A stretch of DNA of 64,000 bases from Nitrospinales bacterium (GCA_965223345.1 CBDCWG010000012.1:1-64000); one strand, 5' to 3'. Shown: positions 1 through 11,298, counted from the stretch's first letter. A program made the numbers and translations. The notes: generated by a model not told the origin, from the sequence alone.

Positions 1-96
1 GCACGGCCCCCTGCCCGTTTTCCCGCATTCTCCCGGGGATGCTAAAATAGAAGCGCACCGCATCCTCCACGATTTTGCAGAAGGACGGCGACACGC

Positions 97-3000
97 ATGC
101 CGCTTGCAAATTTTCATCCCGTTACCCGCGCCTGGTTCGAACGCAACCTGGGTGCGCCCACCGAGGCGCAACAACGCGCCTGGCCGGCGATTAAGAACGG
201 CGAGCACACGCTCATCGCCGCGCCCACCGGCAGCGGCAAGACGCTGGCGGCGTTTTACGCGGCCATCGATGCGCTGATCCGCCAGGGCCTCGACGGCACG
301 CTGGCCGAAGAAACGCAGCTCGTCTACGTGTCTCCGCTCAAAGCGCTCAGCAACGACATCCACCGCAACCTGACGGTGCCACTAGAAGGCATTCAGGAAG
401 CGCTGCGCGCCGAGGGCAAAGAACCGGTGCGGATTGCAGTCGCGGTGCGCACGGCGACACCACCCAGAACGAACGGCAGAAGATGCTGAAGCGGCCGCCG
501 CACATTCTGGTGACCACGCCGGAGTCGCTCTACCTGCTTCTCACCAGCGACGGCGGCCGCAGGATGCTCGCCAATGCGCGCACGCTGATCGTCGATGAAA
601 TCCACGCCATGCTCAACGACAAGCGCGGCTCACACCTCTCGCTTTCGGTGGAACGGCTGGAAGCGCTGACGCAACGGCGGCTGCAGCGCATCGGTCTGTC
701 GGCAACGCAGAAACCGGTGGAAACCGTCGCGCGTTTTCTGGTGGGCAACGCCAACGCAGAGGAAGGCCCGCCCGACTGCACGATCATCGACACGGGACAC
801 ACGCGCAGGCTCGACCTCAGCCTGGAGGTGCCGAAATCGCCGCTGACGGCGCTCATGAGCAACGAAGTGTGGGAGGAGTTGTACGACAGGCTGGTGGAGT
901 TGATCCACGCGCCACAAGACCACGCTGGTCTTCGTGAACACGCGGCGGCTGGCGGAACGGCTGGCGCTGGCGCTGCGCGAACCGGTGGGCGAAGACCGCG
1001 TGTCCTCGCACCACGGCAGCATGAGCAAGGAATGGCGGCACGACGCCGAGAAGCGGTTGAAAGAGGGACAGCTCAAGGTCCTGGTGGCCACGGCGTCGAT
1101 GGAGCTGGGCATCGACATCGGTTCGGTGGATCTGGTGGTGCAGTTCGCCTCGCCCAAGCGCATCGCCACGTTTCTGCAGCGCGTGGGACGCAGCGGCCAC
1201 GCGGTGGGCAAAACGCCGAAGGGCATCCTTTTTCCGCTGACCCGCGACGATCTCGCCGAATGCACGGCGCTGCTGGACGGCGTGCGCCGCGGCGAGCTCG
1301 ACCGGCTGTGCGTGCCCGAGCAGCCGCTGGATATCCTGGCGCAGCAGATCGTCGCGGAAGTGTCCTGCGGCGAATGGGACATCGACGCGCTGCACGCGCT
1401 GTTCGCGAAAGCCTACCCCCTATCGCAATCTCAAGCGGGAAACCTTTTCTGAAGTCGTCAAGATGCTCGCGGAAGGCTTCACCACGCGGCGCGGACGGCG
1501 CGGCGCGTTCCTGCATCTCGACGCCATTTATGGGCGGGTGCGCGCGCGCAAAGGCGCGCGGCTGACGGCGCTCACCAACGGCGGCGCGATTCCCGACATG
1601 TTCGACTACAACGTGGTGCTCGACCCGGAGAACATCGTCGTCGGCTCGTTGAACGAGGACTTCGCGCTGGAATCGCTGCCGGGCGACATCTTCGCGCTGG
1701 GCAACCACTGCTGGCAACTGCTGCGCGTCGAAGGGCTCAACGTGCGCGTGCGCGACGCACAGGGCCTGCCGCCCACGGTGCCCTTCTGGTTCGGCGAAGG
1801 CCCCGGACGCAGCAAAGAATTGTCCGAAGCGGTCTCCAGGCTGCGCGCTGAGATCAGCGAGCGGGTGCACCACGCCGCCAGCGAAAACGGCGCGGGCGAG
1901 CTGGTTCCGGCGATCCGCTGGCTCACCGACACGGTCGGGCTGCAGGCTTCGGCGGCGGAACAGCTGGTGTGGTACCTGGCGGCGGGCGAGCGCGCCCTGG
2001 GGGCGATGCCGACACGGAAGTGCGTCGTCATGGAACGGTTTTTCGACGAGGTGGGCGACATGCACCTGGTGGTGCATTCGCCGTTCGGCAGCCGCGTGAA
2101 CAAGGGCTGGGGGCTGGCGCTGCGCAAACGTTTCTGCACGCGCTTCAATTTCGAGCTGCAGGCGGCGGCCAACGAAGACAGCATCGTCATCTCGCTCGGG
2201 CCGGTGCACAGTTTCGAGCTGGCGGAAGTGTTCCGGTATCTTTCCACCGCCACGCTCAGGGACACGCTGGTGCAGGCGCTGCTCGATACGCCGATGTTCG
2301 AGGTGCGCTGGCGCTGGAACGCCTCGCGCGCCCTCGCGGTGGCGCGCAACCGCAACGGCAGCCGCGTGCCGCCGCAACTGCAACGCATGCAGGCGGAGGA
2401 TCTGGTGTCGCAGGTGTTTCCGGATCAGATCGCCTGTGCGGAAAACATCGCCGGGCCGCGGGAGATCCCGGACCATCCGCTGGTGCGGCAGACGCTGCAC
2501 GACTGCCTGACCGAAGCGCTGGACATCGACGAGCTTCTGCAGTTGATCGGCCGCATCGAACGCGAGGAACTCGTGCTGATCGCCAAGGATCTCAGGGAAC
2601 CCTCGCCGTTCGCCCAGGAAATCATCAACGCGCGCCCGTACGCCTTTCTCGACGACGCGCCGTTCGAGGAGAGGCGCACCAACGCGGTGCGCAACCGGCG
2701 CTGGCTGGACCCCGGCGAGGCGGCAGAGTACGGCGCGCTCGACGCGGAGGCGATCGCGAAAGTACGGGAGGAAGCCTGGCCGCAGATGGAAAACGCGGAC
2801 GAGGTGCACGACGGGCTCTTGCTGCTCGGGTTCATGCGGCAGGAAGAAATGCCGCCGGGGGATGGGCCGCATTCGTTCGCCGCCCTGTTCGCCGAACTGG
2901 TGCGGTCCGGCCGCGCGACCCGCTTTGTGTGCGGCGGGCGCACTCTCCTCGCAGCGACGGAGCGGCTGCCGCAGCTTGCGGCGCTGTATCCGGATCACCG

Positions 3001-4471
3001 GCTGGAACCGGAAGTGACGCTGCCTGACTGGCTGAAAGAAGAAACGCATTCGCAAGAAACGGCGGCGCGGGAAATCCTGCGCGGCCGGCTCGAAGGGCTG
3101 GGGCCGGTCACACTGGAGCGGTTGATCGCGGACACCGGGCTCGATGTCAAACACATCGAAGCGGCGCTGCTGGCGCTGGAAACGGAGGGGTTCGTGTTCC
3201 GCGGCCGCTACTCCCCCGGCCTTGTGCAGGAGGAATGGTGCGAGCGGCGTCTCTTGCAGCGCATCCACCGCTACACCATCGAATCGCACCGGCAAAGCGT
3301 GCAGCCGGTGTCGCTGCAGGATTTCATGCGCTTTGTCTTCGCGCACCACAAGCTGGGTGCGGCGTTCCCGCAGACAGGGCCGGAATCGTTGCAGCGTGCG
3401 CTGGAAAAACTGGAAGGCATCGCCGCGCCCGCCGCCGCCTGGGAGAGCGACATCCTGCCCGCGCGCATCGACCGATACGACCCCAACTGGCTGGACGTGT
3501 TGTGCATCAGCGGCCGGGTGATCTGGGGACGCTTCAAAGCGGCCAAGCCCTCGGCGAACGGCGGCCACCGACAATCTGCGGTGAAGAGCACGCCCATCAG
3601 CATCCTCTCCCGTTCCAACGCCCCGCTGTGGGCGGCGTTTTCCCAGAGCCCGGAGGAACCCGTCCCGCTGGGCAGCGATGCGCGGCTGATCGAGGAAGAC
3701 CTGAAGCAACACGGCGCGAGTTTTCTCGACGACATGCTCAAACGCACGCGCCTTTTGAAAACCCAGGCGGAAACCGCGCTCGGCGAACTGGTCGCCAACG
3801 GCCGGGTGAACAACGACAGTTACACGGGGCTGCGCTCGCTGTTGACCCCGGCGCGCAAAAAACCGGGCGGGCACGGCCGGCGGCGCGGGCATCGCGCGGC
3901 GTTCGGCATCGAGCACGCGGGCCGCTGGTCGCTGATCGCGCAGGGCGGGGACGCGCTGCCTCCCGACGACGAGGCGCTGACAGAGCTGGTGTCCGTCTAT
4001 CTCAAGCGCTGGGGCGTTCTGTTCCGCAAGCTGCTGGAGCGGGAAACCTTCGCACCGCCCTGGCGGGTGCTGGTGCGGCTGCTGCGCAAGATGGAACTGC
4101 GCGGAGAGCTGCGCGGCGGGCGCTTCGTCGCCGGTGTCGGCGGCGAGCAGTTCGCGTTTCCGGAAACGGTGGACCGCCTGCGGCAGATCGCGAAGCAGGA
4201 AAAAACCCGGGAGCGCATCGTGCTTTCGGCGGCGGACCCGTTGAACCTGCTTGGGGTGATCCTGCCAGGGGACAAAGCGGCGCGTATCGCGCACAACCGC
4301 GTTCTGTACGAGGACGGCGTTCCCATCGCCGTGTGGGAAGCGCGCGAGGTGCGGTTCTTAAAACCGCTGGACGGCGAAAAGCAGGCTGCGGCGCGCCAGG
4401 CGTTATTGGGAAGAAAGTTTCCGTCGCGCTTGCAGGCCTACCTGGGAAAGGGCGCTGCGCAAGCGAGGTGA
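97..4471 (+). CDS. lhr: Lhr-family DEAD/DEAH SF2 helicase, split by three single-base frameshifts (probably sequencing errors; pseudogene not excluded)
   Basis: Walker [46 protein letters not shown] and C-terminal ELRGGRFV lie in consecutive ORF pieces 97-489, 483-~910, 934-1452 and 1463-4471; one-base corrections near 452, 911 and 1416-1420 join them. Confidence 0.9.
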
Positions 4472-4500
4472 CCTTTTCCCTTCGCAACCGAATCGTAGAA

Positions 4501-4535
4501 AAAAAACGGCCTTCCGGATGGAAGGCCGTTTCTTG
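4501..4535. terminator. Probable bidirectional intrinsic terminator between convergent lhr and htpX
   Basis: Perfect stem AAACGGCCTTCC-ggat-GGAAGGCCGTTT flanked by A- and T-rich tracts. Confidence 0.8.
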
Positions 4536-4563
4536 TTTGCGTCTTTAAAACCCGCGCCGCGGA

Positions 4564-5400
4564 TCAGCCATTCATGCTCATGAGAGCGGCGATGCGCTTT
4601 TCCGTGGCAGGATGGGTGCTGAACAGGCTCATCAGGTCCTTGCCGGTGAGCGGGTTCACGATGAACATATGCGCCGTCGCCGGTTCGGCCTGCATGGGGA
4701 TCTGCTTGGATGCCTGTTCCAGTTTCCTCAGCGCATTGGCCAGGGGAACGGGTGAGCCCACCAGTTCCGCACCGGTGCGGTCGGCCTTGTATTCGCGCGT
4801 GCGCGAGATCGCCATCTGCACCAGCATCGCGGCGATGGGAGCCAGGATCATCATCAGGATCATGACGATCGGGTTGCCGCCGCGGTCGTCGCTGCGGCCG
4901 CCGAAGATCATGCCCCACTGCGCCATGCTCGCCAGCATGCTGATCGCACCGGCGATGGTGGCGGCGATGGTGCCGATCAGGATGTCGCGGTTCTTCACGT
5001 GACCCAGCTCGTGCGCCAGCACCCCCGCCAGCTCGTCGCGGTCGAGGATGCGCGTGATCCCGTCCGTCACCGCAACGGCGGCGTGCTCGGGATTGCGGCC
5101 CGTGGCGAACGCGTTGGGTTGATCGGAGGGAATGCGGTACACCTTGGGCATCGGGATTTCCGCCTTGCGCGACAACTGCCGCACCATGTCGAAAATCTCC
5201 GGGGATTCCCGTTCGGTGATTTCCTGGGCCTTGTACATGGACAACACCATCTTGTCGCTATAAAAATACGCGCCGAAGTTCATCACCAGGGCGAATATGA
5301 ACGCGATGATCATGCCTTCCTGCCCACCGAGCGCCATGCCACCGTAAATCAGCATCAGGGTGAGACCGCCGAGCAGCAATGTCGTCTTTAAGGTATTCAT
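4564..5400 (-). CDS. htpX: Zinc metalloprotease HtpX (M48)
   Basis: [15 protein letters not shown] zinc motif, [15 protein letters not shown]; likely start MNTLKT at 5400. Confidence 0.95.
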   Translation of the reverse strand: MNTLKTTLLLGGLTLMLIYGGMALGGQEGMIIAFIFALVMNFGAYFYSDKMVLSMYKAQEITERESPEIFDMVRQLSRKAEIPMPKVYRIPSDQPNAFATGRNPEHAAVAVTDGITRILDRDELAGVLAHELGHVKNRDILIGTIAATIAGAISMLASMAQWGMIFGGRSDDRGGNPIVMILMMILAPIAAMLVQMAISRTREYKADRTGAELVGSPVPLANALRKLEQASKQIPMQAEPATAHMFIVNPLTGKDLMSLFSTHPATEKRIAALMSMNG

Positions 5401-5982
5401 CGTTTCGAATTGTCCTCTTTTGATTCGCAATGGAGAACGCATATGCGTTCTTTACTTTGCTTCATAACCCTATCGTACCTGAAACCCGTTTCGGTGCCGA
5501 TATGATTCGAACGCATCTTTACAGATACTTCTTATAAATAAAATCCCAGCCCCCGCCTGTCAACCTGTGCCGAAAAAGAAACGGGTGTCCGCGGCCAAAA
5601 CACATCCACCGCATGCCTCTGAAAGAAAAACGCCTTTCGCTGCGAACCTGAAAAACGATCGGATTATTCGAACCCTGCGTTTTTTTCAAGCGGCGATGCA
5701 GGTGCGGCTGCTGGAAATCAATTAGTACAAATTAATCCACTATTTATCCTACACCCAATAATCTATTTCATGAATTTCGTAATGCCGTATTCGACACGAC
5801 AGAATAACACTTCGACAAAATTTTGAATAGACGCCTGTTAGGACTGCAATAACACGAAATTATTCCCTTGCACTATGGAGCGACTGTTTGCATAATATCG
5901 CCATACTGATATTCAACGTGGTTCCAATCCCGGGGGACGGGTTGGGCGCAATATGTACCCTATCGAAGGAGGGAGAATTCTC

Positions 5983-7056
5983 ATGCAACAGGCCCGACTG
6001 AAAAAAATCATTGGTGTGTTCAGCATCCTCTGCGTTGCGGCGACACAGGCAGGAGGGGTTCCGGTATTCGCCGCCGACCCGGAAGAGGAAGTCGCCGAAA
6101 TCGTGCGGCCCCCCAGCTACATTCCGCAAGGGGTCAATGCCGGCACGGAATTGTTTCCGCCGAATCCAAAACCGGGCGCCTGCTACGCCCGCGTTCTGGT
6201 TCCCGCCCAGTACAAAAACGAGACGGTGACGCTGCTCAAATCCGAGGCGTCGGAACGGCTGGAAACGATCCCGGCCAAGTTCGAGACGGTGCTCGAACGC
6301 GTGCTGGTGAAGGAAGCGTCGGAACGCATCGAAGTGGTGCCGGCGACCTACGGCTGGGAAGAGGAACGGATTCTGGTGAAGGAAGCGTCGGAGAAGCTGG
6401 TGGTGGTGCCCGCCGTGTATAAAACGGTGACCGAACAGGTGGTGGACAAACCGGCGCACGTGCGGTGGGAGAAAGGCCGCGGCCTGGTCGAGAAGGTGGA
6501 TTTCGCGACCGGCGAGATCATCTGCCTGAAAAAGATCCCCGCCACCTACAAGACCATCACGAAACGCGTGCTGAAGGCCCCGGCGACCACGCGGATGGTG
6601 CAGATTCCCGCCCAGTACAAAACCGTCAAGCGGCAGGTGATGCGCACCCCGCCGACGACACGAAAAATCGTCATTCCGGCGGAGTACAAGATGCAGCGCG
6701 TCGTCAAACTGGTGGAACCGGCCAAGGTGAACCGCTATTACATCCCGGAAAAACACCAGACCGTGTCCAAAGTGGTCAAGGTGGCCGACGAGCGCATGGC
6801 CTGGAGACCGGTGCTGTGTGAAACCAACATCACGCCCGAGCTGGTGCGGCAGATCCAGGTTTCCCTGCAGGACGGCGGCTACTATCCGGGGCCGATCGAC
6901 GGCGACATCGGCCGGTTGACCCGCAGGGGCATTCTGCAGTTTCAAAAGGAGAAAGGACTCTCGCGCGGCGGTCTGACGGCGGAAACGCTGAAGGAGCTGG
7001 ATGTGGAACTTCCCTGGTCGGGAGAGGAGCTGGCTGCCAATAACATCGGCGGCTGA
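5983..7056 (+). CDS. Exported protein with PAxY/F-type repeats and C-terminal peptidoglycan-binding domain
   Basis: Signal peptide; repeated (V/I)PAx(Y/F)xT units; C-terminal IQVSLQDGGYYPGPIDGDIGRLTRRGILQFQ resembles PG_binding_1; GGAG RBS before ATG 5983. Confidence 0.8.
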   Translation: MQQARLKKIIGVFSILCVAATQAGGVPVFAADPEEEVAEIVRPPSYIPQGVNAGTELFPPNPKPGACYARVLVPAQYKNETVTLLKSEASERLETIPAKFETVLERVLVKEASERIEVVPATYGWEEERILVKEASEKLVVVPAVYKTVTEQVVDKPAHVRWEKGRGLVEKVDFATGEIICLKKIPATYKTITKRVLKAPATTRMVQIPAQYKTVKRQVMRTPPTTRKIVIPAEYKMQRVVKLVEPAKVNRYYIPEKHQTVSKVVKVADERMAWRPVLCETNITPELVRQIQVSLQDGGYYPGPIDGDIGRLTRRGILQFQKEKGLSRGGLTAETLKELDVELPWSGEELAANNIGG

Positions 7057-7090
7057 ACGCAGCCTGAAGAAGCAAACATCGCAGCAGTGC

Positions 7091-7128
7091 AACCGGGCTT
7101 TCCCGCAAGGGGGAGCCCGGTTTTTTTT
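7091..7128 (+). terminator. Intrinsic terminator
   Basis: Stem AACCGGGCTTTCCC-gcaa-GGGGGAGCCCGGTT running into a T8 tract. Confidence 0.8.
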
Positions 7129-8252
7129 CAGGCCTGCACCGGCGCTCTGCGCGGGGCCGCCAATTGAACGAAGGGATACAGGAACTGCCGGATCAACCCG
7201 CCGTGCAATTCGCCGCCGTGGAAACCGAAGGTCTGCGGTTCGGTTTTGTCCTTCGGCAGGTAATAGGTCCCGAACAATAAATCGAAACAGGAAAAAAACG
7301 TGGCGTAGTTCTTCTTCGCGACCGTGGCGCTGTCCGAATGGTGCCAGCGGTGGAACCGCGGGCTCACGAACACGCGGTCCAGGAACCCGTAGGAGACGGG
7401 GATGTTGGCGTGCACGAACAGGCCGTAGCCGCGGCGCAGGAACATGGCGACGCCGCCCACATAGGGGTCCTGAAACAGGGCGGTCAGGACCAGCAGGTTG
7501 AGGGTCGCGGATATGTAGTGGTTCACGGGGTGAAACCGTTCGGTGGACAGCCAATCGACCTGCCGGGAACTGTGGTGGATGGTGTGAAACGGCCAGAAGA
7601 ACCGGGTGTGCATGAAGCGGTGCCTCCAATAGCCGACAAAATCGACGATCAGCACGGCGAGAACGATCTGCAGAATGAGGTTTTGATTGAGGATCCAGTT
7701 TCTGGCTTGCCAGAATCCCCCGGTGACGCCCTCTGTGACCCGGCCGCTCAGCACACTGCTTGTAACCTGCAGGGTGACGCGCTTGTGCGGATTGGGCAAA
7801 GCCACGCCCGCACTCGATGTTTGCGTTTCCACCTTGGCGATGAAGGTTTGCGTCAGGTGGTTCTCGCCGTCGGATTTTTTCAGCACAAAGGTGTCGCTGC
7901 CGTTGAAAGCCGAATGAGCGCGGTAAGTCACGCTGCCATCGGGCAGCACCGAAGCCTGTCCCTTTTCCGGTTTCTGCACGAACTCGGCCTGCACCCGGCC
8001 GGCGGCAAATTCCTGGGGCATGGTCAGGGCGCCGTGGAAATAGCGCGCGAACACCGGCGCACACGCAATCTGCACGGGAATGAAGATGAGGATCAGCAGA
8101 AAGGAATAGGTCAGATCCAGCCTGGAATCGGCACGGATCAGCTTCTGGTTGCGCTTCGCGGGAAACTTCCACTCCAGCAGCACAAACAAGGCCGCAAACC
8201 CGAGCAGGGCTTTGGCTTTGTTAAACAGAACCGATCCGATGGTTTCGATCAT
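7128..8252 (-). CDS. Sterol desaturase/fatty-acid hydroxylase family protein with an inserted Ig-like (Big_9-type) segment
   Basis: His boxes YWRHRFMH, FHTIHHS, FVHAN, FHRWHHS and KNY..DLLFGT; insert PEKGQASVLPDGSVTYRAHSAFNGSDTF...SDG between TM helices; start taken as MIETIG. Confidence 0.85.
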   Translation of the reverse strand: MIETIGSVLFNKAKALLGFAALFVLLEWKFPAKRNQKLIRADSRLDLTYSFLLILIFIPVQIACAPVFARYFHGALTMPQEFAAGRVQAEFVQKPEKGQASVLPDGSVTYRAHSAFNGSDTFVLKKSDGENHLTQTFIAKVETQTSSAGVALPNPHKRVTLQVTSSVLSGRVTEGVTGGFWQARNWILNQNLILQIVLAVLIVDFVGYWRHRFMHTRFFWPFHTIHHSSRQVDWLSTERFHPVNHYISATLNLLVLTALFQDPYVGGVAMFLRRGYGLFVHANIPVSYGFLDRVFVSPRFHRWHHSDSATVAKKNYATFFSCFDLLFGTYYLPKDKTEPQTFGFHGGELHGGLIRQFLYPFVQLAAPRRAPVQA

Positions 8253-8431
8253 GATTTCGCCCGAAAAGACGCAGGAAATCGCCGCCCCGCTCCCCCGGTC
8301 CCCGCGCAGGGAACACCGGAAAAACAGGCCTTTTCCCGCCGCCCGAAATATTAGCAATACATTTATTATCAATTAGTTATGGGAAGTTTGCAATTGAAAG
8401 TTTAAAGCCCGGTTCCCGTGCGGGAAAGCCG

Positions 8432-9169
8432 TCAGGCTGGGGATCGTTCTTCTAGTGGGTCCGGGGATGGGGCGGAATCGCGGGGGGCGGGGTGTGGCTG
8501 CTTGTTCTTAACCATCCAGCGGGCGATGTAGTGGCCGAGAAAGAAGCCGAAAAACACGTCGGAGGCCCAGTGCTTGTTGTCGTTGATGCGCGCCCAGCCC
8601 GCACCCAGCGCGGCGGCGTAGGCCAGGGTGGTCACCGCGCCGTGCTCGCAGGTGGAAGCCAGGAGCACCGCCAGGGCGATGGCGGTGGTGGTGTGACCGG
8701 AAGGAAAGCTGTTGTTCTTCAGCGAGAACGGTCCGCTGAACCGGCCCGCTTCGCGCACGAACGGCCGGCGCCGGCCTGTGGTCATCTTGAACATCCAGGA
8801 AAACACGCCGGTGAGGATGTAGGATTCCAGTGCCTGCAAGGCGAACCGGCAGGTTTTTTCGGAGCGGGCCCAACGTCCCAACCCGTAAACCGCGAGCATC
8901 GCCGGAATCACCGTGTGCCCGTACCCCAACAATTCGAAGCCGTTCGCCAGACCGTCGGTGAAAGGGACGCGGTGGGACTGGACGAATTCCTGGATGGTGC
9001 GGTCCCAGGGGATCAAAAGCAGCGTCCCGCACACGACGGCAAAGAGCAGCATCCATTGCCGGGTTTTCCAGCGCAGGGGGGATTTGAAAATGGCGATGCC
9101 GTCGGCGCAGGAATCCTTGAGCGTGGTCTGAATGATTTTTTTCAGGGCTTGAATCAAGGAAGACGCCAT
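8432..9169 (-). CDS. PAP2-family phosphatase
   Basis: K..TGRRRP, SFPSGH and RINDNKHWASDV motifs. Confidence 0.9.
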   Translation of the reverse strand: MASSLIQALKKIIQTTLKDSCADGIAIFKSPLRWKTRQWMLLFAVVCGTLLLIPWDRTIQEFVQSHRVPFTDGLANGFELLGYGHTVIPAMLAVYGLGRWARSEKTCRFALQALESYILTGVFSWMFKMTTGRRRPFVREAGRFSGPFSLKNNSFPSGHTTTAIALAVLLASTCEHGAVTTLAYAAALGAGWARINDNKHWASDVFFGFFLGHYIARWMVKNKQPHPAPRDSAPSPDPLEERSPA

Positions 9170-9352
9170 CGTGTGATGCAGGGTGGATGAAGAAACCGTT
9201 GCCGCTCTCTATTCTCGCAGATCGATGCGAAAAAGGTGAGAGCTTCTGCGAGAGCTATTCTAACAGGGCGATCGGAATAATGCACACCGGAAAGGATGGA
9301 ATCGCACATGCATCGAAAGGAAAGTGAGTGACCGCTTTGCAGCGGGATCGCT

Positions 9353-9400
9353 GCAAAAAAAAGCATCCGGCCGAGTCTGGGGGCAAACTCAACCGGATGC
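9353..9400 (-). terminator. Intrinsic terminator after the small membrane protein
   Basis: Minus strand GCATCCGGTTGAGTTTG-cccc-CAGACTCGGCCGGATGC followed by a T-tract. Confidence 0.7.
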
Positions 9401-9408
9401 GAATTCTG

Positions 9409-9543
9409 TCACAAACGTCCTGTCAGCAACAGAATCAACAAAACCAGAACCAGCAAGCCACCGACGCCACCCACAGCAACATTCTGCAGAAGAGCGGCAA
9501 TGACCAAAATAACGACGATCGTTCCCAATAATCCATATGCCAT
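9409..9543 (-). CDS. 44-aa hydrophobic microprotein, DUF3309-like (not in ORF track)
   Basis: AAGGAG RBS; MAYGLLGTIVVILVIAALLQNVAVGGVGGLLVLVLLILLLTGRL; the GGL..LLILLL.GRL end recalls DUF3309; lies directly after the previous gene and before a terminator. Confidence 0.7.
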   Translation of the reverse strand: MAYGLLGTIVVILVIAALLQNVAVGGVGGLLVLVLLILLLTGRL

Positions 9544-9560
9544 TTCATTCTCCTTTTAGT

Positions 9561-10784
9561 TTATGCGGTCACTTCGCGTGAGACTTCTACCGCATACAAC
9601 CGGCGGACCGTGTTGGAACCCACCCAACCGCCTATGATGGCGACCACGAGCCCCAAAGCCGCACTGGTGAACGAGACCCACAGAACCGCCTGCGTGTATT
9701 CAGAAGCTGTTTCCACAGCTTGATCGATTTCCTTTTTTGCTTCCGCAACCTTCTGATCCACTTCTGCGGAAACACCCTTGACGATGGCCTCAACTTCTTT
9801 TTCATTCAAACTGGTGCGCACCACGAGCACATTTTTAGCCCGTTCCGGGTTTCCCAGCACCAGCTCTTTCGCCACCAGACCGAGCGTTTCCGCATCCATC
9901 TCCATCAAGGCCGTCTTCAATTCTCTTGCAGTCACTTCCGAACCGCTGACCTGGCTGACTTTTTGAACCGCTTTTTCCATGTTGTTTTTCACACCGGCTT
10001 CCAGTTCCTGCACCAACTCGGATTCTTCCAGATCCTCCATTTTCTCTGAAATTCCACCGACGATGCTTTCCACTTCTTTCTCGGACAGATTGGTGCTGCG
10101 GGCCAATTGCGCTTTGGCTTCCTCTCCATTGCCCTCGATCAGTTGAACCGCGACTTTCTTCAGTGTGGGTTGATCGATTTCCTTCACCGCCTGCCGCACT
10201 TCTTTTTTGCTGGCCCTGGCGCCGCCTTCTTTTTGCGACTCGACAATCGCTTCGGTTGCCTTGCGCTTGAGCAGGGCCTGAATGTCCATCACGACCGGCG
10301 AATCCGACAGACTCCGGACGGCCGCACCGGTGCCTTCGATGCCTGCTGTGCCGAGGGCCACCCCGGTCTGGACCGTGGATTTGACCATCGATTGCCCCAC
10401 CTGAATCAACCCGCCGACGCCCCACGCGCCAAACACGATCATCATGGCGGTGCCCAGGCTCCACAATGTGAGGCCATGCAGCATTCCGACAGTGTGGTCG
10501 GGTTTGCCGGACAGCCTGCCGGCCAGAAGGCCGCTCAAAAAAAACACCACGAGCGCGCTGAACATGAGCCACAGAATCGCCCCGATGCCCAGACCCTCCG
10601 CAAAATCTTCGTTGGATGTGACATTGCCGAAATCCGCGATGCTGACGCCGATGGCCGAACCCAGAAGCACCATCAACCAACTGGCTGCAATCACAAACAC
10701 CATCCCGGCAAATATCGCACCCCAACTGATGAGCGGTTCCCGCTCCACTTCAGTCACAAGTGCGTCTTCAAATATGGAAGCCAT
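9561..10784 (-). CDS. Hypothetical membrane protein with internal duplication
   Basis: ISWGAIFAG N-terminal TM bundle, G.LHGL..W motif, charged helical middle region, C-terminal TM; GGAG RBS before ATG 10784. Confidence 0.75.
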   Translation of the reverse strand: MASIFEDALVTEVEREPLISWGAIFAGMVFVIAASWLMVLLGSAIGVSIADFGNVTSNEDFAEGLGIGAILWLMFSALVVFFLSGLLAGRLSGKPDHTVGMLHGLTLWSLGTAMMIVFGAWGVGGLIQVGQSMVKSTVQTGVALGTAGIEGTGAAVRSLSDSPVVMDIQALLKRKATEAIVESQKEGGARASKKEVRQAVKEIDQPTLKKVAVQLIEGNGEEAKAQLARSTNLSEKEVESIVGGISEKMEDLEESELVQELEAGVKNNMEKAVQKVSQVSGSEVTARELKTALMEMDAETLGLVAKELVLGNPERAKNVLVVRTSLNEKEVEAIVKGVSAEVDQKVAEAKKEIDQAVETASEYTQAVLWVSFTSAALGLVVAIIGGWVGSNTVRRLYAVEVSREVTA

Positions 10785-10899
10785 CCTATTCTCCATTGTT
10801 AATGCCTGGCGTGACCCGGATAGAGGTCCCCCGGCATGCTCATTAGCAATAAAAGTTTGAGGACTTTGGACTGTTCGAATGAGTCCTGCTCTTAGAAAG

Positions 10900-10916
10900 A
10901 GCAATTTGTGTGCCGA
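10900..10916 (-). promoter_or_regulatory. Sigma54 (-24/-12) promoter candidate
   Basis: Minus strand TCGGCACACAAATTGCT = GG-N10-GC, matching TGGCAC-N5-TTGC, about 115 bp upstream of the 10784 start. Confidence 0.6.
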
Positions 10917-11298
10917 TCCTGACCTGTCGCACAGATTCTTCCCTGAGCGCGGTACAGCCCACTGTTTTTGTTGGCGAGGGCGTTGTTTCACTGATTTTGC
11001 GAAAGGAGGGAGCCACCCGGCAAGGCAGGGTGGTCGGCTGGGTTGCAGGCTCAGATAACCCTCTTTGCAGAGATGCCGGGTGATATGCACCAAAGAGCTT
11101 GAGTTCATTAAAGGCAGGAAGGAAAAACGGGACTGCAAACTCCAGTCGCACCGCATGAGGGGGTGTGAAGGGAACAGATTTCGATTTTTTAGGAAGGGAC
11201 GTGGCCTGGGATGGAAAGATCGAATCCACCGAACAGGGAAACGCGCGCGGCCGGGCGTTTGTGACTTCGATGCTTTCGCATGGCAGCGTTGAACGTGC

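Noticed and set aside
1073..4294. 1073-aa minus-strand ORF
   Set aside because: Antisense shadow of lhr in GC-rich DNA; no recognisable motifs.
5440..5950. Long AT-rich intergenic region as a possible ncRNA or origin
   Set aside because: No stable structure or DnaA-box array recognised; consistent with divergent promoters.
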